From NCBI GenBank assembly GCA_017654855.1, contig CM030333.1, positions 5,022,001 to 5,086,000 on the forward strand: a stretch of DNA of 64,000 bases, in the 5' to 3' direction. The notes beneath the pieces were generated by a model that made no database searches, was not told the origin of the DNA, and was given only the letters and a program-made list of their open reading frames with translations. This document shows positions 50,377 to 63,825 of this stretch, one piece after another. The first letter of the stretch is position 1. Each line of letters starts with the position of its first letter. A program made the position numbers and the translations under genes. Source of the DNA: Podospora anserina. Lineage: Eukaryota.

Positions 50377-52444
50377 TTACAGCTTCACCCTTCCACCCTC
50401 CAGTTCCTTCCACTGTGTCTCCCCAAATGGCTCATATGTGTCCCCCTTCAACCAAAAGAGAGCATCGCCCTGAACCTTGCTCGGGTTGACACTCTGTTGC
50501 CTTAAATGATGCTTCTGTTGCTTATTCGTGCCTGTTGTCTGCTCACCAACGCCCTTGACCACTCTCAGGAACAGAGGCACCGCATAACGGGGTAGCTTTT
50601 CCCGCGCATGTTTGGCCAAGCTAGCCATCAGCTCACGGCTCAGATTTGGACTGTCAAAGGCAATGGCTGCACAGCCTGCTCGACCGTCGTGGTTCGGTAG
50701 TTGGACACCATAGACGTTGGCTTCCAGAACATTGGGATGAAGTCCCATCGCCTGTGATACCTCGGCGGTGGACACATTTTCACTCTTCCAACGGAAAGTA
50801 TCGCCGATACGGTCGGAGAAGAAGATCATGCCATCCGAGTCCCAGCGGAGCACGTCTCCAGACCGAAACCTGTGGTCATATTGGTCAATACCATGTAAAC
50901 AAAAAGCATCAGGGGGCTCAGGGACTCACCATGCGTCCCCCTTTTTAAAGACGTCCCTCATGATCTTGGAGTTTGTCGCCTTCTGGTTGCCAAAATACCC
51001 CTGGAATCTCTTGTTGACGTCGTCAGCAGGCAAGCTGACCAAGAACTCGCCCACATCGCCACTCTTCACGCGCTGGCAGAATCCAGTCTGGGGATCTCGC
51101 CAGGGCTCCTCTGTCTCATCGTCAATCTTGACAATGGCTGAACGAAGCCCGAGGAAGAGCGTGGAAAGGGCACCATATCGGCCGATGGCGCCTTTGCCAA
51201 ACGCATTACGGCTCAGGTTCCAAAGCCCTAGCGCTCCTTCAGTTGCCGCATAGAACTCATAAATTGTCTAGCGGCCTGTCAGCTGGTTGTTGGCATCTGG
51301 GAGAACTCAAGAGAACTTACATCTATAGCAAACCTCTCCTTGAACTTATCCCAGACATCTGGCCGAAGTCCGTTACCGAAGGCGACTCGGACATGGTGCT
51401 TCTTGTCCAGGTTCTCTCCAGTAACGGGGTCGATCTCCGGTGGAGCAACCGTCAGGTATCGGCATGTCTCGCCCACATACTGGATAATGGTAGACTTGGT
51501 CTCGCGCACCTCTTTCCAGAACGTCTTTGTAGAAAACTTCCTGCCGATGGAGAGCGTTGCTCCAGTAAACAAGACGCTGCAGACACCCAGACACGAGGCA
51601 GAGCTGTGATAGAGAGGCATGCACTATGACTTGGGTTAGTACAGTGGGCCAAGTCTACAGAAAAAGAGAGAAGTGGGTGCCTTACCGTGTAGAAGACGTC
51701 GTCCTTCTTCATCCCAGTACCCTTGGAACACAGTCCGATGGCGGTAAAGATCTTGGCCCAACTGACCACAGCAGGCTTGGGCATGCCTGTCGTCCCACTG
51801 GTGTAGATCAGGATAGCCATGGCGACATAGTCGTCTTCCTTCCTCAGCTCATCATCGCCTCTCGTCCCCCGTACCCTCTGAACCTCCCGTTGAACCTCAT
51901 CTCCCGTAACGATAAACTCCATGCCCGCCATCTTCTCTCTTACATCGTCCGTCAGCGCATCAGCCACATGAGGATCAACCAACGCCAGCCTTGCTGTACT
52001 CTCCTTCAAGCAATGTGTCAAAGCCTGATCCCGCAGGTTGTAGTTGATGAAAGCCGGCTTCGCCCCGACACTCCAGATGGAAAACCACAGAATCATGAAC
52101 ATGGCCGAGTTCTGGTAGTTCAAGACGACAACATCCCCCTTCTTGACTCCCTTCACCTCCCGAAGCCAGGTGCCCCACTGCAAAACACTGTCATATGTCT
52201 CCTTGTAAGTCCACGATCGGCCTTCAAAGAGCATGAACGGGCGGTTGGCAGACGAGGTGTCGAGTGCCTGCTTCTCGAGAACGTAGAAAAAGTTGATCTT
52301 TCCGGACCGGACGGCCTTGATGATGTTGATGACGGATGAACCGGCAATGCGGGCAAAAAGGAGATCGTGGGAGAGCGAGAGACGGGCGTTGAGGTAGGCC
52401 GAGCCTGCCGCCACACCTGCTGCGGTGAGAGCGAGAGAGGCCAT
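50377..52444 (-). CDS. FAT1: Very-long-chain acyl-CoA synthetase / fatty acid transport protein (FATP, Fat1-like), 4 exons
   Basis: AMP-binding motif LIYTSGTTGMPK, plus MPLYHS, QYVGETCRYL, FGNGLRPDVW, YAATEG and FSDRIGDTFRWKSENVST (FATP signature). Ends in RVKL*. Confidence 0.9.
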
Positions 52445-53260
52445 TTTGTTTGCTATTCCCGATGATAGGTAATGAGAGGAATCCAAAATTTGGCGTGGTA
52501 TAAAACGGCAGAAAGTTCAACAGCTACATCTTGACAGTGATCTACAGCAATGTATACAATTAAAATGTTCTGGACTTTCCATGCTGCTTTACCAGTTTAG
52601 GCAACGCGGACCCCTTTGGAACCCTTGTTTGTCGATGCCAAAGGTGAGGGGAAGCTGACAAGCTGAGAAGATACCGAGGCATCTTGTGGTCGTATGTAGT
52701 AGAGTGTGTAAGCGACAGGTATTCGACCACTTGCCCCAGGAGGGAAAGGTACGCGAGGATGTGGGGAAAGTTGGAGAGCTTCAACACGCGCCCGCGTTCA
52801 TGCTCTGGAGAAAAGTTATTCGAGGCGCGATATGGCTTTGTTCTTCGTTGAAGGGTCCCACTTCCCCGCAAAACACCGTCTTGCTTGGCGGGTTCGCTAC
52901 TCCGTTTCCCCCAGACTCTGGGCATGTGTAGGTGGGGAACTCGGCGGTTTTGCAGCGCTAACCAGTTTCTCTGATAACGGTGATGATAGCAGACAGCATC
53001 TTCAAAACGGTGAGTCCAGTTCACATGGAACTAACCACCATCACCTGCCTCGGTTTTGCTTTTATGTACGACAGGAATCAGCACACAGACGACCAATCAT
53101 CGGTCGTAATAGACACACGGCGCTTCTTTCGTAACAAAAAACAAGTCGACGTTCTTATAAACCTCGAACTGACAAAACGAACCCGACCTGAACTCTATGT
53201 GTACGCCGTTGACGCCTATATATCTACACCGTTGAGACCAATACCTACCGCATTAACTCA

Positions 53261-54586
53261 CTAAGTATACGTCCTGCTGCTCGATCCACCTGTCCACGTT
53301 GACCCAGTCATGGTCACCAAGTCTCGCCTTGGTTTGTTGTAGTAAACCCTCCTGGACGACCGCTCAGTCCGTCTCGAACGGCTGTAGCTTGAGTAATAGT
53401 TCCTTCGTCGCGAAGGCCTGACAGTTCGTACCAATGCACGAAGCATTGGCACTGATGCGGCCATGATGGTGACTGCTGCCTCGGCATTACCCCATATCAC
53501 GAGTGTGACCCCGTCGTCTATCGACACGTCAATCTTCCCCTTCCAACGCCTTGGGACAAGAGGGAACTTACGTGGAAAATCACGACCTCCCAGCTCGGGC
53601 AGTGACGAACACTTGATGAAAGCTGACGCGGCAGCACTGCAATCAATACCTAGGCGTCAGTTCATGTCGACTCGAGAATGGAGATAGGGAACCTACAAAA
53701 CACCCATACTCATCGCCAACGCCACGCCAATCTTCTCTCTTGTCTGCATCTGCAAGTTCATGATAATCTTCCAGGGAATAATAGCCAGAACCAGATCCAT
53801 CACACCAGAGTAAGCTGAAACACAGCGTCAGTACCACAGACAGTTCTTCAAGACCGACCGGCCAAGAAGACATACCACTAGCAAAGATTCCATAAGTGAT
53901 AACCACATTCGGGCTCCAACAAGTCCCTCTCATGAACGGATGCCACGCCTTCTCCAGCGGCGTGCACCCAACCCAAAACAGCATGGCCGACACGCCAAAC
54001 AGCATGTTCATGCTCACAATGGCAAACCAGATAAACACCCTGGTCTTGCCGTGTATGCCATCGTGGATCATGAGAAGCGAGATGGCAAACGAGGTCTTGG
54101 ACCAGGCTTGGCTGCAGATGGCGAGCGTGACGGTGATCTGCCCGATGAGGAACATGTCGTTGAGGTTTCGAAAGGGGATTTGCCAGACGTGCTTGCCGTA
54201 GCCGAGGTCGATGGCCATGTTGGTCGTGATGGTTGAGCCTAGCAAGGCCAACTACAGTCAGCATTGTCAGCATATCAGCAGCAGGCATGAAGAGGTAAAT
54301 TGGACCGTACCCAAGCGCCAATGGCAAACCAATCATCAGTATGAAGTCTTCGATGCCGTATAAACTTGCAATAGATCCTCAAGAGCAAGAACATCAGCGA
54401 AGCACCGCACAACACCCACACCGACACCCGAGTGGTGAGCCCGAGGTCATCATATCGCAGTTTTCCCGGCCCAAAGAAGAAACCTGGAAATCCTGTCCCG
54501 TTTCTTGACCTTGTCGATGTGCTGATATCGTTGTCATTGGTTGAAAAAAACGGGAACGTTGCGTTGCTTGTTGAAAGGTCGTCCAT
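53261..54586 (-). CDS. PTH11-like (fungal rhodopsin-domain) integral membrane protein, multi-exon
   Basis: Motifs LRIYCK..R.L..DDWF, GYGKHVW, WSKTSFAISLL, CTPLEKAW..GTCW and EAAVTIMAASVPMLR. Canonical introns. Confidence 0.87.
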
Positions 54587-55787
54587 GGCCAAGTTCCAGC
54601 TTGTATCATAATCCAAAGTAGTCGACGTTCAACAGTGAAGAGGTGATAAGATGGGACGAAATAGAGGACAGCTGCATCCTGACATGACGGGCAACATCAG
54701 AGGAAAAAGCGGGAAGACACGAGATGAAATGAGTCTAACGAGCTTCAGACCTAGTGAACACAGACCGCAGAGATACCGGCGATCAGACAAAGTATGAGAA
54801 AGGGCCATCGAGATAATGCGCAGGTCGACTTGGCGAGAACAGAAGCATACCACTCGGTAGTTGGGATAGGGTGTTGGTCGATCAAGCCTTTCAACATGCA
54901 GGTACCGATGGTGAAACGTATGCGGGGGATGTCAAGCACCAACGTTCCCAAAACCCGAAATAGGAAGAGTGTGTCGATCACACAATATGGGGCAAAGGGA
55001 ACAGAAGAAGCCGGATGCCAATGCTTCTCGAAAGAAGAATGAGATTGACATGCAACCTTAAAGTTAAGTCCCAAAAGGTCGAGACCGGTCTGCTAGGGTG
55101 TTTTGGTTTCGTTTTACCATTACTGTCCTGTTTTCAGCAGAGGTGATGAAGTTCAATCATTTTCTCCATTGACCTACTTACTCCTATACTCTTATTCATC
55201 ACGCCCATCCGTCAAACCATCCATCCATCCATCCATTTCGCATTCCTCCCTTTGAATCGCAGCTGGGTATAACTATTGCTTCGCTTCTCCTCCCCCCTCC
55301 TCCTCTTGTAGCTCTTATAACGAGTTGCAAATGGTGTAAAAGGAAAAGCAGTGGTAGAACTGAAGAAAAAGGAGAGAAAACAAGGCTAGCTAGAAACCCC
55401 CCTTTTGTTGTTGGGCATTACAAAAATGATACAAGGAGAGCGCGAGAGAGTATTTGCAGTGAACCGACCGAAAACCAAAACGCGCAACACACAAAAAAGC
55501 CAGATTATGACACACATGACCGCTCATGTCGTTCCCTCCCGATACAAGTGCAGCTCCTTCAACATTCCCAGGCTCTCATGGGGTGTCGCCTTTTGACAAG
55601 ATACCATGGCCTCATTAATTGAGCTGATGTCCGCTTGTTGGCGTAAGCCGTCATATACTTCTGAATGGTCCGTACTCTCTTCGGGGTCAGGGGGTGGGAA
55701 GAAGGCTGAGCCGGGCCATGTCGAGATCACATCAGCACCCCTCTCTGGGCCTGATCCGTACAGCTTCATCTCCGCGTCGAACAAGGC

Positions 55788-56484
<697 letters not shown>

Positions 56485-56633
56485 CTACTTTCGTAATACT
56501 TGCGCGCTTGGGAGGTGTGTGATATCGGCCGTGAGCGTCGCGTGGGTGTCGGTTTCGATATGTCGCGTCTGGTGTTGATAATTTGAGGTAAGAGACGCGC
56601 AAACGGCTGGACGGTAGTGGGGTGCGACGGAGT

Positions 56634-56644
56634 GGTTGTTGTTT

Positions 56645-56679
<35 letters not shown>

Positions 56680-56705
56680 GCTGTTGTTGTTGTCGCTGTT
56701 GTTCT
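56634..56705. repeat. (TTG/CAA)n microsatellite upstream of ARF6
   Basis: Visible trinucleotide run with a few interruptions. Confidence 0.95.
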
Positions 56706-57312
56706 TGTTATGGCGGATGCCAGATGAGACAGGCCGAGGGGATTCGTGGAGAGGGAGACTTGATGATGGGCGATACGGTGCTGGCGGGTCTGAATCGCGA
56801 AAGCGGAAATTGGGAAAATTAATTACTTTTAGATCGGGGCCAGGGATGGTTAGCACTGTTGCAACGACAGCGGATATGGCCGACAAGCAAACAAACAATG
56901 GTGTTAGGGGTCAAGAGTAACGGCGATGGTGGTGGCTGTTGGGAACCTAAACAAACTGAGGTGCTTCAGAAGATCGAGAACCTACCTCAGGCTCAACACC
57001 GACACCAACACTGAGGATGATCCCCTGACAGGGAAGGCAGCACCTGCAGCTTCGAAACTTTGATGCTCCAAAAGTCCAGAGGCCAGCCAACCCAAAATTT
57101 ACGGCCCCTGAAACAACCAGCCAATCACTGCGCTGGCGCCCAACCATTAGAGGCCCGTGCATTCGGTTGCAAACGCTGAAATTGTGGAGCCCTGAACCCA
57201 TGTCAACGGTCAACGAGGTATCATCTTCCATTATCTATCAGATGCAGAAATTGTCAACTACCTTAGGTATTTTGATATTGTAGAAGAGACAGCGGCATCT
57301 TCTCTCCTACAG

Positions 57313-58461
57313 TCAATTTCGAAAATCCACCACAAATCGGCGCTCCACCAGTTGCAACGTCACGCTGTTCTCCTCGCCCTCAAATCTCAAGCTTACTTTT
57401 CCAGTCGACGCTTCCGCACCCATGACCTCAGCCTTGTAAAACATGGTGCTATCTGGATAGAGCGCCAACACTGTCTTTCCCTTCTCCAGCTCGGGAAGAT
57501 CAGCCCCAGGTTGGGGGAGGGGGATCATACTGCTGGCACTAGTGCGATATTCAACCCTCTGGTCTGGTGGGAGGTCCGGATCAGCATCCTGCACCTTGTA
57601 TCGTCGTGACTTGCCCTCGCCTAGAACTTGCTGCACCTTTCCCAACATCCACTCGGTGCTGTCCGCACTGGTGGTTGGTTTGGGCTTGAACACCACATCC
57701 TGTCCTCGTAGAAACACATTGCGTGCTCGCTGCAGTGCCGTTCCAGTTCCCAAGCCGCCATCAGGGGGAACGCTATCCGCCTTGCCTGGCGTGTCACGAT
57801 CTCCTCGTGGGGGAACACTATCCCGGTTGGCAGACCTGTCGCTCCCGCCAACGCTCCCACCCAGCTTCCGGGTATGGTTGCCAGCCGGAGACGGAACCGG
57901 CGAGTCTCCGGCTCCATCAAATTCATAGACAGATCCTGGATCTTTGTCGCGGTCCTTCTCCCTCTCTCTCTCACGTTCCCTCTCCTTTTCACGCTCCCTT
58001 TCCTTTTCTCTTTGGCCCAAACCTCTCGCAGAGCTTGATCTGGCCCCACTAGAGAGCAATCCGCTGGGTCGTTCCCTGCCCCCTAAGCTCGACGTCCCGG
58101 CAGACTGGGACTCGGCGTCCTCCTTAGCCTTCACCAAGGCCCGCAGAATGGTGACGGTTTCGATGAGAGAATCAATCTGCTGCTTCGACACGTCGGCGCC
58201 CTTAACGCCACTGCGGAGCAGGGCATCCAGCTTGGCCTCTTCAGCGCCGATATCAATGGAACTGCTGTCTTTGGATGACTTGGATTTCGAAATGTACTTC
58301 TCCTGGGCTAGAATTCCTCTGAGTTCATCGTTGCTATTGTTGACTCCTTCAATCATGGTGCGCAACTCCTCTTTGATGTTTGACCAGATGGCAGCCTCTT
58401 CACCTTGGGTGCTGCCGCTGTTCCGGTTCGGCCCACGCGAGTTCCGGTTCCGAGAAGACAT
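57313..58461 (-). CDS. SGF29: SAGA-associated factor 29 (coiled coil + tandem Tudor H3K4me reader)
   Basis: 382-aa ORF. C-terminal VVFKP, EWMLG, RYKVQDADPD, VLALYPDSTMFYKAEV, LRFEGE and VERRFV. Confidence 0.9.
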   Translation of the reverse strand: MSSRNRNSRGPNRNSGSTQGEEAAIWSNIKEELRTMIEGVNNSNDELRGILAQEKYISKSKSSKDSSSIDIGAEEAKLDALLRSGVKGADVSKQQIDSLIETVTILRALVKAKEDAESQSAGTSSLGGRERPSGLLSSGARSSSARGLGQREKEREREKEREREREREKDRDKDPGSVYEFDGAGDSPVPSPAGNHTRKLGGSVGGSDRSANRDSVPPRGDRDTPGKADSVPPDGGLGTGTALQRARNVFLRGQDVVFKPKPTTSADSTEWMLGKVQQVLGEGKSRRYKVQDADPDLPPDQRVEYRTSASSMIPLPQPGADLPELEKGKTVLALYPDSTMFYKAEVMGAEASTGKVSLRFEGEENSVTLQLVERRFVVDFRN

Positions 58462-59259
58462 GCTGCGTTGATTGCGTTTCTGTGAGAATTACGATTGTGA
58501 ATGATGCTGCTATGTATGTGCTACGTTCTCACCAGAAAGATCAGCTACTACTCAATATAGGGGTTCTGCCAAGCCTACATATTAGTCGGAAGCGTCGTCG
58601 GCCCTGGCGTCTATAAAATCTCTTTGGGTTCAGCCTCCTGGTTGGTTTGGTGTCGTCAGTTTGCTGGTTTGTTCCAACCTGCCACACAATGTAGAATGTA
58701 CGTAAGTGTGCTACTGTTTCATGAGTCAAAGATAGCAAGAATTGGTCATTAAATCGTGATGGTCGTGGAGCAAACACGGAGGAGTATGTCAAATGGTGGA
58801 ATAAGACGAGGTATCAACCGGCCAGAGAACAAGGTCGCGACCATGTCCGGTGGCAGAATGAGCCATCGCGTTTGGGCGGTGAGAGAGCTGTCATTCGCTG
58901 AAGCGGGGCTGCTGTATCTCTCGGCCACTCTGCTCAAAAGGCACACGGAGGACGGGGCTGAGGGCCCCGCACTGTCTCTTTACCTTCAAGGCTCTCGACG
59001 AGGGATCCCAAGCAATGTCTTTGGTGACGTAAAACGAGGGGCTAAAGGGTGCAACAGCTCCCACCTGGAACAGTCGCTGGAGGTACCCGACATTTGATAA
59101 ATACCCAACATTGATCTGAACTAAAAGCGCGTTGGAGGTGTGCTCTGACCTGCCCGTTCTCTGCTTTGCTCCTCACCACCGCTACCGGTACCTTAGTCCA
59201 AGCACCCCATATTGGTCCATCCCTGCCCCTCCGTTGTTGTCTTGTCTCCGTCGTTCGCG

Positions 59260-60672
59260 ATGCAGGTCCCCTTGATACGCCTCCAATGCGGGGCCAACTC
59301 CTATGACTGGGGGAAGAAGGGTAGCGACTCTGCTGCTGCCAGATTTGCAGCTGCAACCCCTTCAGACGGTTTTACCATTCAAGATGATAAGCCATATGCA
59401 GAAGTACTTTCAAGCCCTCCTGGGAGTCCTACGATAATGTTGGTGATGAGCTAACAATAGTGGCATCGGTAGCTCTGGATGGGCACACATCCATCCAACC
59501 CTTCCAAAGACCTAACCACAGGCCGCACCCTGCTCGATCTCGTCCAAGACAACCAAGCCCTCCTAGCCTCGAGCGTTGCATCCAAATATGAGAACAAGCT
59601 TCCCTTTCTCTTCAAGATCCTCTCCATCGGCAAGGCTCTATCGATTCAGGCCCATCCCAACAAGAAGCTTGCCGAGAAGCTCCACGCCCGCGACCCAAAG
59701 AACTACCCAGATGACAACCACAAGCCCGAGATGGCCATTGCCATCACTCCCTTTGAAGGGTTTTGCGGTTTCCGCCCACTAGCTGAGATCTCGCACTTCC
59801 TCGAAAACGTCCCTGCCTTGCGCCAACTGGTAGGCGACGACAAGGCCCAATCCTTCATTGACACCGTCAAGGCGAACCCCGACGACAAGACCCAAAACAA
59901 AAAGGCACTTCAGACAGTCTTTGGCGCAGTCTTGTCTGCTTCGGAGGATGACCTCGCAAAAGCAACCTCCTCCCTCGTCGAAGCTGCCTCCTCCCAAGGC
60001 GCCGAGTTTGCCGCCGGCGGCGTCTCCTCCACCTCTGGCTCTGTCCTCTCCGAACTCGTAACCCGCCTCCACGGCCACTTCGGGTCCGACTACGGCCTCT
60101 TCGTCTTGTTCTTCCTCAACTTTATCAAGCTCTCCCCCGGCGAGGCTCTCTTTCTTCAAGCAGACGACATCCACGCCTATGTCTCGGGTGACATTGTCGA
60201 GTGCATGGCCTCGAGCGACAATGTTGTCCGCGCCGGCTTCACCCCCAAGTTCAAGGACGTCGACACCCTGGTGGGCATGCTGACGTACAACTATGCGCCT
60301 ATTGAGGAGCAAAAGATGGAGCCGGTGGATTACCCCTATGTCACGCTCAACAGAGCGGCGTACAGTTCTGGCTCCGAGGCCAAGCTGTACGACCCCCCCA
60401 TTGAGGAGTTTAGTGTAGTCAGGACGGTGCTCAGGGGGAACGGGTCAAAGGCTACGTTTGATCCGCTGGATGGGCCAAGTATTATCATTTGCACGGGCGG
60501 CAAGGGGAAGATTAGCGTTGGGCCGACTGTGAAGGAGATCAAGGAGGGGTATGTCTATTTTGTGGGCGCCACAGCGGAATGCGTGCTGGAGAGCGAGGCG
60601 GATGGAGACGAGGACGAGTTTGTCACTTTCAAGGCGTACTGCGAGGTGGAGGAGACGAGGAATGGGGCGTGA
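59260..60672 (+). CDS. PMI40: Mannose-6-phosphate isomerase, class I; exons 59260-59403, 59473-60672
   Basis: Motifs [72 protein letters not shown] and YDPPIEEF. Confidence 0.96.
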
Positions 60673-60886
60673 CTATCTGAGTCGGCTCGACTTTGAGAGC
60701 CTGAGAGCAATCACGAGTATCCCTAGCAAAAACACCAACCATATGCCTTTGATGGTCGGAATATCACTATAAACTCTGAATAAACGCTCAAACGTAAATG
60801 CCATAGATGTCATGCCCATCCCATGAACACCACCAACTCCAGACTCCTCCTCTCCCTATAATCATTGCCCAGCCGTGAAAAAAAAA

Positions 60887-62694
60887 TCAGTTCTCCTTCA
60901 CTCTCTTCCCCGGTCTCAGCGAATCATCCGGCAACCCGCTTCTCTTGGTCCCCGGCAGGCTCCCCGTTCGTATATCGTTATCGTCCTGACTAACCCTCCG
61001 ATGAGGGTATTCCATCTTGACCCCCGCGAAGCAGTTCGCATTGATCGGATCCGGGCTCTCGGCAAAGAACGGGTGCTGGAGCGCATTGGCAGCCGTCAGT
61101 CTCTTTTCCGGATCGTACTCCAGCAGCCCAGCCAGCAAGTTGTACCCCTGCGCGCCGAGCACCGAAAGCGAGCTCGCCCCATTGGCCTGCGCCGTCGACG
61201 AAATCTGCTGGTTGATGGTGCCGTAGTACCACTTTTCCAAGTGGGAGACGCTCGCGGCTGCGTTGTTCCCGCCTCGTCCGTGGTGGGACTGGTGATGATG
61301 GTGTGAACCATACCCGTGATGTCCGTGGTGACCTGCATGCCCACCACCGCCACCGCCTCCCAATGGCGGTGACAGCGACGGCAGCTGCGAGTACTCGGGC
61401 ATGCTCGTCAGCAACGGCCACCGCTCCTTCGTCGGCAGGCCCATGACGTCCACAATCTTTTGCATCTGGTTCCGCTGAAACGGCACCGTCTTTTTCGAGT
61501 CCATTTTTGCTTCCTCCCCCTTGAAGATGGGGCGGAGAGAGAGCAGCTCGGCAAAGATGCAGCCCACGGCCCACATGTCGATCGCGGGCGTGTAGTGCCT
61601 GCTTCCCAGCAGCAGCTCGGGAGCGCGATACCAGATCGTCACTACGACTTTGTCGCCCGAGAACAAGCTGTGGAGGGGTTTGTAGAACAGGCGGGCGAGA
61701 CCGAGATCGCCAATTTTCACCTCCCCCGACGACGTGACCATGATGTTGGCTGGTTTGAGATCACGGTGGAGGACCCAGTTGGTGTGCAGGTATTGGCAGC
61801 CGTTGAGGAGCTGGAACATGATGCTCTTGATGGTGTTTGGCGGGATGGGATGCCGCGGTTGCTGGGTGTGGTGGTGGATGATTTGCAACAAGTCGTGCTC
61901 GGCGTACTCAAAGACCATGAATATGCACTTGTCCTCGAGGATGATTTCGATGAGCTTGATGACGTTGGCGTGGTTGAGTTCGGAGCAGAGGGCCATTTCT
62001 CTCACGGCGGATTGCGAGATGCCCGTGTAGGTGACCTGCTCGCCTTCCTTGTCCGGCTTGAACTTCTTGATGGCGAACTCGCCTGGTTGGCCATGGCGAC
62101 CATGAGCCTTGTAGACACGGCCATAGGTGCCACTGGAAATGAAACCAATGACTTTGTATTTGTCTGTTACTCGCACTTTGCTCTGATACTGGATGGGTCC
62201 TCCCCGGTCACCTGGGTCTATTGTGAAGTGTTAGTCTTGTGTTTTGTCACAGGTCCGATGAAAACTGACAGGATGATGTCCTTTGCTGCTGCTGCTGTTG
62301 CTGGTAGCTGACTTCAGCTCTCAAATTTCGGGCCGGATTCATGGCGTTGACAAAATTGTTTGATCTGATATCACCAGCAGCGCTGGCAACGGCAAAAGAA
62401 GGGTTGGGGTGGTTCGGAACAGCAGGGGCATAATGGTGGGGGTGCGGGTGCATAAAGGCGGCGGTTGACGACGACGTTGAAGAAGATGAGGATGAGGCTG
62501 ACAGCGATGTGAGACCAGGCCTGGGGAGATCAACGCCGCCATTGGTGGTCTTGGCGACTACCACGCGCCGCGCTGCAACAGCAGCAGCAGCAGCACTTCC
62601 CGCCCTCGCAAGACTAAAACCGCCCCCGCCCACAGCGCTTTGTTGTTGGCCATAGGGAGTGTACTGTGAGTGTTGAAACTGCCGCTGTTGGTGG

Positions 62695-62746
<52 letters not shown>

Positions 62747-62837
62747 GCTGCTGCTGGTTATTCTGCCGTTGCTGATGTTGATGCTGCTGCTGCTGATGTA
62801 CTGGGGCCCTCTGTAGTGGGGTATATCGATTGTCCAT
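60887..62837 (-). CDS. SSN3: Mediator kinase SSN3/SRB10 (CDK8); exons 62837-62270, 62217-60887, with long polyQ N-terminal extension
   Basis: Motifs GFISSGTYGRVYKA, GISQSAVREMAL, FEYAEHDLL, HRDLKPANI, GDLG and VVVTIWYRAPELLLGSRHYT. Intron 62269-62218 (GTCAGT...CTAAC...TAG) restores frame. Confidence 0.93.
62690..62796 (-). repeat. (CAA/CAG)n coding microsatellite (polyQ) in SSN3 exon 1
   Basis: Long TTG run on the + strand. Confidence 0.9.
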
Positions 62838-63825
62838 GGCGAGCAATGCCACCTTTCTGCTCTGGACTGCCTTAAGATATCTGGCCCATGGATGGAGAAC
62901 AGTGAAGTGGACACAACCAAATTAATGTCAAAAATACTGTTTTTGACGCAGTGACCAACTGAAAAGACACCTATCTGGAATTTGACAAGCAACAGGGAAG
63001 GAAGCTGGAGAGAAGGGGAGCTTGGGCTTCACAGGTCGGATAGCCACCGAATAGGTATCAGAGAGGAGACCCAGCTTCAACTTCCCATTTTCGTTCAAGA
63101 TATCGTCTACGGAAGGGAGGCGAAATATGATGGTGCTAATAATGCTAAAGGAAAGAGACACTACCTACCTTCAAAGCCGGCCTGCACGCTCCTTTTCAAG
63201 GAGGAGCCCATGATGGAATCCTGTGACCGACGAGACGAGTCAGCAACTTCCCGGTGATCTCCCCGCGATCCTGCAGTGGGAATTTCCACCTGAATTTCAG
63301 GGGCCACTGGGGGTGTTAGTGGTCAGAAAACACACCTACATACAACCCGACACAGCCTGCCGTTTGCGCTCCACCGTGTGATGCAGAATGCACCCAATTG
63401 GCGATCTGGCCGGGAAAAGGACCTTGGTTGGAGGCGTCCAAGTTTCGTAGCGAGATTTGCCTGCTCTGCTGCTCCCGTCACCGGTGCCAACAGAAATGGC
63501 CGGGGGCACCATGCGAGAATCAATGCGACGGGTGGTAATTTGGAGATGTTGGGGGAATTCCTGCTCGAGTTCGGGTGATGACATGAGGTTGATTTTCCAA
63601 CAGATGCGTCGATAGAGTCGGGGAGGGGGGGAGATTGATAAGCTTTCTTTTTCTGCAATCATCATACCTACCTCCTGTCCGTCTTGCGTCACTCCGTCAC
63701 CAATGACAAGGCTAGCCGTGGAGAGAAATGCATCCTTTTCATTCACCATGACCTTATAGAAAAAGCAAAATACGCTCGCTACTCCATACACAACAAAACC
63801 ATGCCGTCGGGCCCTCCCACACCCC

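Noticed and set aside
56485-56920. Poly-Asn, poly-Cys and poly-Leu ORFs
   Set aside because: These are translation artefacts of the (TTG)n microsatellite.
57307-57315. SGF29 stop TGA-CTG-TAG: readthrough would give ...N-X-L
   Set aside because: Not the CTA context. A PTS1 would need Arg inserted at the stop and would be non-canonical, and SGF29 is a nuclear SAGA subunit.
59450-59472. Proximal AG (59460) in the PMI intron that would add TGG CAT CGG TAG (premature stop)
   Set aside because: It lies only 5 nt from the branch site. There is no evidence it is used, and the distal AG restores the conserved PYAELWMGTH.
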